Positions 17,513 through 24,787 of a stretch of 64,000 nt of DNA are shown piece after piece. The first letter of the stretch is position 1; every line of letters begins with the position of its first letter. The notes below the pieces were generated by a model. The model saw only the letters and a program-made list of their open reading frames with translations. It ran no database searches and was not told where the DNA came from. The translations under genes were made by a program, and so were the position numbers. Location of the stretch: the IMG/VR virus record IMGVR_UViG_3300045988_111426; one strand, 5' to 3'. Source of the DNA: a virus.

Positions 17513-17983
17513 ATGGAAGAGAATAATAGCAAAGCGTGGGATATTTACAGCACGTTAGAAGTTGATGAAAACGGAATACCAATCACGACACCTTCTGAGA
17601 GTGTTAGAGAGGTTATCAATGAAGAACCTCGTCAGACGATAATGCTTCATAGAAACGAGATCGAAGAAGAAGATAACAGTCAGAAGATCGTATATGAAAG
17701 TGGTGACGAATCTCACGCCATCAAGCTCCCTCCAAGGAAACTGAACCTTCCGAATGAGGTCATAGGAATAGTCAAGAATGGTGTAAAGTCCACCATTTCT
17801 TTCAACATTATGGTTGAAATCGACATGATACCCGAGAGCATCATCGACTTTTTATCAGAGTCTTACAACATACCGAAAGAAGATGTCGTGAAAGACATCG
17901 TTGAACTTTCTTTTGATGAAGATGATGCAAAAAAGATCCTCTCCGAAGGAATAATAAAGGAACTCTGGAAAGAAGAAAAATAA
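17513..17983 (+). CDS. hypothetical acidic protein (plus strand)
   Basis: 156-aa ORF filling the gap between two minus-strand genes. No minus-strand alternative exists. Confidence 0.45.
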   Translation: MEENNSKAWDIYSTLEVDENGIPITTPSESVREVINEEPRQTIMLHRNEIEEEDNSQKIVYESGDESHAIKLPPRKLNLPNEVIGIVKNGVKSTISFNIMVEIDMIPESIIDFLSESYNIPKEDVVKDIVELSFDEDDAKKILSEGIIKELWKEEK

Positions 17984-17986
17984 CGG

Positions 17987-18622
17987 CTACGATTTGATAG
18001 CCATTGAACGGATAGTTTTTCTTATCATCTCCGTTCTTGATTGTGTCGAAGAGAGGTCACCAGAACATCTCTTCGACACAACGTTTGTACCAAACACGAT
18101 CTCACCATCCTTTTCTTCTGTCTGTGGCTGTGTAGTCATGTTCGTTGTTCTGATTGGTGTTGTGGATTCCGAAACCATCTGAGGATTGGACTGTCGTATA
18201 AGTTCCATTATCCTCTTCTTATCCTTCTCTGCAACACTTCGATTGAGTTCTCGTTGAGATTCGTTCTCTTTAGGAGAAGATGAAGCCGACTTCTTTATAG
18301 CTTCGACTGCTGTTTGTCTGTTCGGTGTTATGAACGTGAAAGTCCCATCCATTGAATAAGGATTCGAGACGTGGTTGTAATGCATCAAGATATCGGCATC
18401 GTCTTCTGATCCCATAAGAATTCTCGAGACAAGATGAGGTCTACCGCTCAAATCTTCAGAAATCGTCGATATCTGTAAAGTGTAGTCCATAGGAACAGTC
18501 TTTGAAAACGATTCAGAACAAAGATCGATGATTTCTTCATCATCAATCCTTATCGTCTGCTTTGCTTCCAATGACTGGTAAGATATCGGCTTTAGTGAAG
18601 GTATTACGAGCTGGTAGTCCAT
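17987..18622 (-). CDS. hypothetical protein (LysM / tail-protein-X-like motif by eye)
   Basis: Start trimmed to the ATG at 18622, because the 18-bp hairpin 18633-18683 lies inside the longer ORF. 'HLVSRILMGSEDDADILMHYNHVSNPYSMDGTFTFITP'. Confidence 0.4.
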   Translation of the reverse strand: MDYQLVIPSLKPISYQSLEAKQTIRIDDEEIIDLCSESFSKTVPMDYTLQISTISEDLSGRPHLVSRILMGSEDDADILMHYNHVSNPYSMDGTFTFITPNRQTAVEAIKKSASSSPKENESQRELNRSVAEKDKKRIMELIRQSNPQMVSESTTPIRTTNMTTQPQTEEKDGEIVFGTNVVSKRCSGDLSSTQSRTEMIRKTIRSMAIKS

Positions 18623-18632
18623 ATACAAAAAT

Positions 18633-18683
18633 CGGTGAAGTCCTTTTGTTATGTAACTACCTACCAACAAAAGGACTTCACCG
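18633..18683 (-). terminator. perfect 18-bp hairpin after purB
   Basis: cggtgaagtccttttgtt / aacaaaaggacttcaccg with a 15-nt loop. Confidence 0.65.
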
Positions 18684-18701
18684 ACGAGTTTTCGTTTTTC
18701 T

Positions 18702-19973
18702 CTAAAGCTCTATGAACTTCTTGATTTCATCATACTCAATACCGAGAGTTTTTAGAGCTTTCTTGAAGTCGTAGAGTGTCATCGAACTTCCTCTAAACAC
18801 ACGCTTCGATTCTTCATATGCGTCTTCATCTCCCTTCAACTTCAAGTAGAGCTGTACGATTTCAGAGAACACTTGATAATTCTCCTCGAGATCATCTTTT
18901 ATCTTCTCCTCGTTCACCTCGAGCGACTTCAAGCCATTTGCAAACGAAGAGAATCCAAGATAAAGATAAGACAGAGTTTCGGGGATCATTCTTATGACCA
19001 CTGAATCGGAGAGATCACGATGCATTCTTGATTTCGATAACTTATTAATGTAAAACTCGAAGTCTTTCTGACATCTACAGAAGCATCCTTCCGCATTTTC
19101 AAACTTGATGGGGTTGACCTTGTGGGGCATAGCGGAAGATCCACAATAACCTTCGTCTACCTTCAGTTTGAAATAACCATCCGAGCACATTTGCCAAATC
19201 TGTTGAATGTCGCTAATGATTCTTGAAATGGCCAGATTCCAATCAGAGAATCTTTCACAGAACGATTCCCATCTGTCGGTTTGTGTCGCTTCTTCTCCAC
19301 TAATGGTGAACCTGCCGAACTTCTTGACAAACGAATCCATAAGTTCTGCAACTCTCCGAGGATCAATATCGAAAAGTCTCGATATTGCGAAGTTGTTACC
19401 GACAGCACCAGAGAACTTGACAACTGAATAGCCATTTGTACGTTGTCTAAACTTCAAGACATCATACCGCCATTTATAAACGTCATCTTTCAAAAGATGA
19501 GGAACTGCAGATTGTCCATGAGTCTTTGATAGAGACCAAATGCCCCTTGTCTCTCTATGAAGATTTGTGAGGATTCCTTCGACATAGTTTACCGAACGAT
19601 CAATGACTTCCATTGCTTCTTGCATGAGGATAGACATTGACAAGGAAACTATGTCTTGTGAAGTCAGTCCGAAGTGAACATAAACCGAACCCGACGTTTT
19701 TCTTTGTAAGACATTAATAACTGCCTTGACATCGTGCTTGGTTACACTTTCCTCTTCAAGAATCTCGTTGTAGACAGAACTGTCGAACTTGCAGTTTTTT
19801 CTGATGATGTCTTCGTTTACTTCTATGTTTGCTATCTCTTTTAAGAAGTAAAGAAGATATTCGACTTCGACATTCCACATCGTCTTATAGTACCTTTCGG
19901 AATTAAAGACCTTTGACATGTTCTGTATGACATCCGAATACCTGTGATCGAGAGGAGATACGTTCCGTTGCAT
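18702..19973 (-). CDS. purB: adenylosuccinate lyase
   Basis: 'SPLDHRYS', 'HFGLTSQDI' and the fumarate-lyase signature 'GSSAMPHKVNPIKFENAEG'. Start set to the ATG at 19973 (MQRNVSPLD). Confidence 0.85.
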   Translation of the reverse strand: MQRNVSPLDHRYSDVIQNMSKVFNSERYYKTMWNVEVEYLLYFLKEIANIEVNEDIIRKNCKFDSSVYNEILEEESVTKHDVKAVINVLQRKTSGSVYVHFGLTSQDIVSLSMSILMQEAMEVIDRSVNYVEGILTNLHRETRGIWSLSKTHGQSAVPHLLKDDVYKWRYDVLKFRQRTNGYSVVKFSGAVGNNFAISRLFDIDPRRVAELMDSFVKKFGRFTISGEEATQTDRWESFCERFSDWNLAISRIISDIQQIWQMCSDGYFKLKVDEGYCGSSAMPHKVNPIKFENAEGCFCRCQKDFEFYINKLSKSRMHRDLSDSVVIRMIPETLSYLYLGFSSFANGLKSLEVNEEKIKDDLEENYQVFSEIVQLYLKLKGDEDAYEESKRVFRGSSMTLYDFKKALKTLGIEYDEIKKFIEL

Positions 19974-20052
19974 TTTGATTGATTGATTGGGGTGAAAATA
20001 TTCGTCGATATTCCAGAGCACAAGGAAAGTACCTTCCTTAAGCTCGGAGAGC

Positions 20053-20451
20053 CTATTTTATGAGGAATGTGGTGATCGCCACTGCAGAAGAAAGAAGTCC
20101 AACATATTTCCAAAATGCTGACTTTTGTCTTTCCTTCTTCAGAGATTTTTCATAAATCTCCACCATCTTCTTATGGTTTGATATGATAGTGTCATTTTTC
20201 ATCATCATCTCGTCATATTTGCGGAGCTGTTCAAGCTGGTTTTCGATGATGAGTGTCTTGTTGTCCACGACTTCTCTCAAAGACTGCATAATCGAATCCT
20301 TCATTGCGGAGATCTCAAGAAGTTGCTTATGTTGATCAAACATGTGGTTGATTATGACAGCATCTTTCTTCGAGATTTCTATGTTCTGCGCACGTGATCC
20401 AAATGTACAACAGAGAAGCATCACTATCGAGAAGCTAATTATTCTTTTCAT
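20053..20451 (-). CDS. secreted or lipoprotein-like coiled-coil protein with C-terminal TM
   Basis: Signal-like 'MKRIISFSIVMLLCCTFGSRAQ', a coiled-coil middle, and a 'VGLLSSAVAITTFLI' anchor. Confidence 0.45.
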   Translation of the reverse strand: MKRIISFSIVMLLCCTFGSRAQNIEISKKDAVIINHMFDQHKQLLEISAMKDSIMQSLREVVDNKTLIIENQLEQLRKYDEMMMKNDTIISNHKKMVEIYEKSLKKERQKSAFWKYVGLLSSAVAITTFLIK

Positions 20452-20836
20452 ATTCTTGGATGTTTTGTCTTAGTTCTTGTTCGACTTCGAACACGTCTTT
20501 GGAGAAATTCAGCTTCTTTGCTCGCATTGCGCTCTCTGCTTTCCTTAGTGAAAATGTCTTCGTGTCGACGACATTTTCAAGTGAATCGATCTTTTTTGAA
20601 GATATCTCGTTTTGTAGGGAAAGTGAATCGATCTGCGCCTTCAACTTTCGAACATCGTGTTCATAGACAGAGTTCGTGTATTTCAACGAATCGATTATCT
20701 CGTGAGGTTTGTTTTCACTTCCTATGTTTGCAATACGCATAATTGCGACAATGAAGTAGATCGTGGTGATTACAAAGAAAACTATCGTAGAAATCCGTAA
20801 TATCTTCTTAATGTTTGTGCAGTTATCTTTTGTCAT
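20435..20836 (-). CDS. N-terminal-TM coiled-coil membrane protein (i-spanin-like topology)
   Basis: TM segment 'ISTIVFFVITTIYFIVAIM', then coiled coil. Overlaps the next gene by 17 nt. Confidence 0.45.
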   Translation of the reverse strand: MTKDNCTNIKKILRISTIVFFVITTIYFIVAIMRIANIGSENKPHEIIDSLKYTNSVYEHDVRKLKAQIDSLSLQNEISSKKIDSLENVVDTKTFSLRKAESAMRAKKLNFSKDVFEVEQELRQNIQEYEKNN

Positions 20837-20880
20837 AATGAAGATTTTCGAAATGGTATGGGCTTGTGTTTTTTATTAAT

Positions 20881-20889
20881 CTTATAACA
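20881..20889 (-). promoter_or_regulatory. extended -10-like element (minus strand TGTTATAAG)
   Basis: Immediately downstream of hairpin 20892-20933 and about 45 nt upstream of the ATG at 20836. Confidence 0.3.
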
Positions 20890-20891
20890 AG

Positions 20892-20933
20892 AATGAGGGT
20901 CATTGTGTGCTTATCGTCACAATGACCCTCATT
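20892..20933 (-). terminator. perfect 16-bp hairpin after the PurA-family gene
   Basis: aatgagggtcattgtg / cacaatgaccctcatt with a 10-nt loop. Confidence 0.6.
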
Positions 20934-20958
20934 TATCGAATTGTTCTTGAAGAAGAGG

Positions 20959-22380
20959 TTATTCTTCTACAGCGACAAAGTCGTCGGATTCACGACCAGT
21001 CCCCAGTACAGAAAGCACAACCTTCTTATCATCACCCACAAGCTTGTTGATGGTGTCGATTTCTCCGAACATATTCTTGGAGAGCCAATCTTCTACCTTT
21101 GTTGTGATCTTTTCACGTTCTCCGTCCATTTCGCCATCTACCCAGTTGACGAAGTTGATGACAATATGAGTTTTACCATTTGGAGAGAGATTGTAGAGAA
21201 TGCCGTCGTGCAGAAGGCTCTTATCGAACTCGAAGACTCTTCGGGGGAGCTTGGTAAGTGACGTGCATTTTACATCATCTGGAATCGTCTTCCCATAGTT
21301 CTTTTCGACATCTTCCCACGTGATTTCTCGCTGGTGACTTTCTTCGTTCCAGATTGGAGAATAACCAGTACCGCTGAATGATTCGATGACTTCGTATTCA
21401 AGATATGGGAACTCACGCATTTCGTAGAAGTTGATGAATTCCTTACGTGTGACGATAGAAACGTGATCATCTCCTTCGATGAAGTCGAACAGATGCTTAT
21501 GAGCGTAGTACTTGAGCGTCGATTCCGAGTTCTTGTGAAGTCGGACAACTGGCTTCCCACCAATAAGGCGATACTTCTTGTTGTTGATCTTGATCGGATA
21601 AGTTCTACCATTCAAGATAACGTCACCTGCGAAGAATGGAGGAAGATTCATATCATCCAAAGCTGCACTGATCGTCACGTTTCGACTTGTTGAGTTCTGC
21701 TTGTTATAGCCGAGACCATACGAAAGTGGGAAACCTTGACCAATTTGCAGAAGGACTGATCCTCCATTGATCATAAACGTCATAAGACGCTTTTCGACAT
21801 CACAGATGAACTGCTTGAGTTCTGGGACTTGGTAAGCATAAGTCACCGTCTTGTTTCGAACGACCTTCTTTGCACGAACTGCACCAGATCCAGAGCAAGT
21901 AGATCCGCCTGCGATTGTGCCGTCATGATCAGACGACGAGTAGTTACCATCGATATCGCAAAGACCCTTTTCATAGTCTTCATCGATCTTGGTGATGATC
22001 CCTGCCTTGGGGTGGATGAAGAGCTTATCGAGAGGAAGACCGCTCATCTTGATTTCCTCGAAGAGACGTTCAACGGAGAACGACGCACCGTGACCGATAG
22101 CAACGAACTCGAGCTTTTCGTGGAGGTAGGCAGATGAAGGGAGAACTTCAAACATCATCTTCTTGCCGTCATCGTAGACCCAATGCGATGCATTTGCAGA
22201 GTTCGTAGTACAGACTGCAAGACGCTTATCACCAGTGCCGAACGAGGTGTTCTTCACGATCAGAGATTCACATTTGCCCTTGCCAGATGAACCTGCAGAA
22301 TAACCATCCAACAAGAACGTGATCTTTCCCTTTTCGAACATGTGATCAAACATGCCTACTTGATGCTTCTTGGCTTTCAT
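20959..22380 (-). CDS. divergent adenylosuccinate-synthetase-family enzyme (PurA/PurZ-like)
   Basis: Colinear with PurA by eye. P-loop 'GSSGKGK' (PurA GDEGKGK), 'NSANASH' (GGHNAGH), 'GGSTCSGSGA' (GTTGRGIGP), 'LLQIGQGFPLSYG' (MFEGAQGTLLDIDHG). Carries a large insertion before the C-terminal third. Confidence 0.65.
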   Translation of the reverse strand: MKAKKHQVGMFDHMFEKGKITFLLDGYSAGSSGKGKCESLIVKNTSFGTGDKRLAVCTTNSANASHWVYDDGKKMMFEVLPSSAYLHEKLEFVAIGHGASFSVERLFEEIKMSGLPLDKLFIHPKAGIITKIDEDYEKGLCDIDGNYSSSDHDGTIAGGSTCSGSGAVRAKKVVRNKTVTYAYQVPELKQFICDVEKRLMTFMINGGSVLLQIGQGFPLSYGLGYNKQNSTSRNVTISAALDDMNLPPFFAGDVILNGRTYPIKINNKKYRLIGGKPVVRLHKNSESTLKYYAHKHLFDFIEGDDHVSIVTRKEFINFYEMREFPYLEYEVIESFSGTGYSPIWNEESHQREITWEDVEKNYGKTIPDDVKCTSLTKLPRRVFEFDKSLLHDGILYNLSPNGKTHIVINFVNWVDGEMDGEREKITTKVEDWLSKNMFGEIDTINKLVGDDKKVVLSVLGTGRESDDFVAVEE

Positions 22381-22504
22381 TTGTTCTTTATTAAGTTTGA
22401 TTTGACTAATTCGTTCTTTCCATTTTTATATCGAAGATACTCATCAGTGTTCGTCAGTATCGATTCCGTCGACATTTCCGATATTTTCAGTATTTTTATA
22501 CGAA

Positions 22505-22538
22505 ATGGGCTGGCCTATGTTTCCAAAGACCAGCCCAT
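22505..22538 (-). terminator. 9-bp hairpin after the HU gene
   Basis: atgggctgg / ccagcccat. Confidence 0.4.
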
Positions 22539-22576
22539 CCGTTCATTGCGAATTCGTTTATCTCCTTTTCTTTCTA

Positions 22577-22840
22577 CTAAAGTTCTACAGACTTTGACAT
22601 CTTGAACTTACCGACCTTCTTTGCAGGTACTGTCATCTTTTCCTTAGTACCAGGCTTGAAGGCTTCACGCTCTGGGCGAACTCTGGATGAGTACGTACCG
22701 AAGCCAACGAAGGTCACTGGCTCATCCTTCTTAAGACTTTCGATGATAGTCTTGTGATAAGCACCGATGATGGCTTCTACCTGCGTCTTAGTTGCACCAG
22801 TCTGCTCTGCGAGAGCTGTGATGAATTCTTTCTTAGTCAT
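22577..22840 (-). CDS. hup: HU/IHF-family DNA-binding protein
   Basis: 'MTKKEFITALAEQTGATKTQVEAIIGAYHKTIIESLKKDEPVTFVGFGTY...PGTKEKMTVPAKKVGKFK' fits the HU pattern. Confidence 0.85.
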   Translation of the reverse strand: MTKKEFITALAEQTGATKTQVEAIIGAYHKTIIESLKKDEPVTFVGFGTYSSRVRPEREAFKPGTKEKMTVPAKKVGKFKMSKSVEL

Positions 22841-22861
22841 ATTTGGATTGAAATTAAAAAG

Positions 22862-23149
22862 TTACATTTGCTTGTCTTGACACGTTTCCATGAGCTTCAG
22901 AACAAGGTCAAATCGTTCTTGACCTCTCACGAAGATCATGTGGCTCGTACCCTGTGAAGTAGAGAACATACAAGATACGACATTTGGATTCAGTGAATTG
23001 TAGTTTGCCACTACGTTGTATGCACGACCTGTGACATTATTGGACACCACACCACTGTTGTAACCGAGGAGATTGCCATTGACTGTGACATTTCCCAGTT
23101 CTTGTTTTACCAACACCTTAAGGATTGATAAAAGGTTGAGTTTATTCAT
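22862..23149 (-). CDS. hypothetical protein
   Basis: 95-aa ORF whose start overlaps the stop of the upstream gene by 8 nt. Confidence 0.45.
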   Translation of the reverse strand: MNKLNLLSILKVLVKQELGNVTVNGNLLGYNSGVVSNNVTGRAYNVVANYNSLNPNVVSCMFSTSQGTSHMIFVRGQERFDLVLKLMETCQDKQM

Positions 23150-24227
23150 AAGATAAAACTTGTAAATCGATCTTTTTTCTTGTTATATTTCTGAAAGATA
23201 CGTTGTTTCCTTGAGGTCTTATGAAACCGAAGCTGTGATAAACGTCGTGTTCTCGGAGAGCACCACACGTGATCGAACAGTTGAACGATTCATCATACTT
23301 CTTGTAGATCTTTTCTACAGAGACCTCTTGAAGAAGACCTTCGGTTTCTGAGTTGTTTTCGACAACGATAGAAATCCCACGGAACTCTGCTACAGAGAAC
23401 TTTGATTGGAACATGTCGTGCTCTAATCGAACATCTTCTTCACTTCCAAGAGCAGTGTACTTTCTCAGAATAGCTCCGTTGTCGCATAGCTTCTCCCACG
23501 TTTCCCGACTGTAAAGGAATCTAACCGATTCAACACCATCAATCGGGTAGTCCATGTTTGGTGAGAGCATAAAAACTCGTGACTTCTTGGAGATGTTGCA
23601 CTCAGTGTCGATTTTCCCACCTCCACTGAACTTACCACCAACTTCTATCATATTCACCTTCAGATCGTACTCATTCGACATTTCGTCATATTCGTAGTGA
23701 ATGTCGAACTTTAGCTGTGTGTGAAGATACTCGAAAGTGATATCCTCGGCATCACCGACATATTTTCCAGACTTTGAGAGATACCTCTGAAAGCTCACGA
23801 GCTGTGATTGCGCATTTCTACCGCCTTCCCCCTCATTCACACTTTCTGAAGACGGAGGAAACACAACACCCACATTCAGACGAACAATCGAAGATTCATC
23901 TTTGGGGTCGATAACTTCCACATTCACATCGAAGTGTAAAGTCTGCTTGCTTCGAATCTGTGCATCGTTCATATGTGCAACAGATCCACCGAAACATGTG
24001 AAGATCACGTTCTTGAATGAAGGGATTGTCACTTGTTCATATGGATCAATCGTGATTATCGTCGATGACGATCTTTCACACTTTACAGAGAACTCGGACA
24101 TATCAAGGAAAGTTCTTCCGAAACTGTCCATAAACGAGTTATTCGAGAAAACGATAGACCGTTCTCTTGTTTTTATCTTTGGGTTAAGGATGTAGGAAGG
24201 ATCGTTCCCACTTAAAACATTAGCCAT
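23142..24227 (-). CDS. hypothetical protein
   Basis: 361-aa ORF with no recognisable motifs. Overlap-coupled on both sides. Confidence 0.55.
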   Translation of the reverse strand: MANVLSGNDPSYILNPKIKTRERSIVFSNNSFMDSFGRTFLDMSEFSVKCERSSSTIITIDPYEQVTIPSFKNVIFTCFGGSVAHMNDAQIRSKQTLHFDVNVEVIDPKDESSIVRLNVGVVFPPSSESVNEGEGGRNAQSQLVSFQRYLSKSGKYVGDAEDITFEYLHTQLKFDIHYEYDEMSNEYDLKVNMIEVGGKFSGGGKIDTECNISKKSRVFMLSPNMDYPIDGVESVRFLYSRETWEKLCDNGAILRKYTALGSEEDVRLEHDMFQSKFSVAEFRGISIVVENNSETEGLLQEVSVEKIYKKYDESFNCSITCGALREHDVYHSFGFIRPQGNNVSFRNITRKKIDLQVLSYE

Positions 24228-24697
24228 ACAAATTCTGCTATTTCTTTATTATAAATTGCGACGATTATAGAGAAAATGAAGACAAGGATTCTCCAAAGAT
24301 CAAGACCATAAATGATCGGCTTGAACTTTACGAGATAAATCGTTCTTTCTTTATCATTTTCTTCACTTACAAACTGTTCACGTGAAGAACTTACAAGACC
24401 ATAAAGATTCTGAACTTGTAATGATTCTTCGATCAGTTGTAAATGGCTTATGATGTAGCTCATATGATCTGCCTTTCTCACTTCATCTGGTATAACCACA
24501 AAAACATAAAGCACGTTGAACATTGTCTTTCTGACATTCTTCACGTCTTGTCCGTCGATTTTCATCCTGTACCTTAGTTGAATCGTTTCATTTTCGACGA
24601 TGTTTGTGAAACAATCTGAAGTGTACTTGTAGAGTTTGATCGTCTTATAGAACAAGAGGATGAAAGAGACGATTATGATGAGAAACGTGATAATCAT
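24212..24697 (-). CDS. membrane protein (N- and C-terminal TM segments)
   Basis: 'MIITFLIIIVSFILLFY' and 'LWRILVFIFSIIVAIY'. Confidence 0.5.
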   Translation of the reverse strand: MIITFLIIIVSFILLFYKTIKLYKYTSDCFTNIVENETIQLRYRMKIDGQDVKNVRKTMFNVLYVFVVIPDEVRKADHMSYIISHLQLIEESLQVQNLYGLVSSSREQFVSEENDKERTIYLVKFKPIIYGLDLWRILVFIFSIIVAIYNKEIAEFVWLMF

Positions 24698-24728
24698 TCT
24701 TACAGGTTTTTTATTATCTTATAAAAAT

Positions 24729-24760
24729 CGACCTCCGTGGTTTTTATCCCACGGAGGTCG
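24729..24760 (-). terminator. rho-independent terminator after nrdJ
   Basis: cgacctccgtgg / ccacggaggtcg, followed on the minus strand by ATTTTTAT. Confidence 0.7.
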
Positions 24761-24787
24761 ACGACACAATCAATAATCAATGCAAAA

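Noticed and set aside
18623-18670. N-terminal extensions of tracked ORFs (17987..18670, 18702..20021, 31908..33392, 8197..9405, 12808..13569, 61306..61785), and TTG-initiated starts at 16800, 56659 and 63956.
   Set aside because: The extensions run through strong hairpins, promoter/repeat blocks or the preceding gene. Internal ATGs (18622, 19973, 33311, 9339, 13458, 61626, 16785, 56653, 63932) give products that begin where homologues begin.
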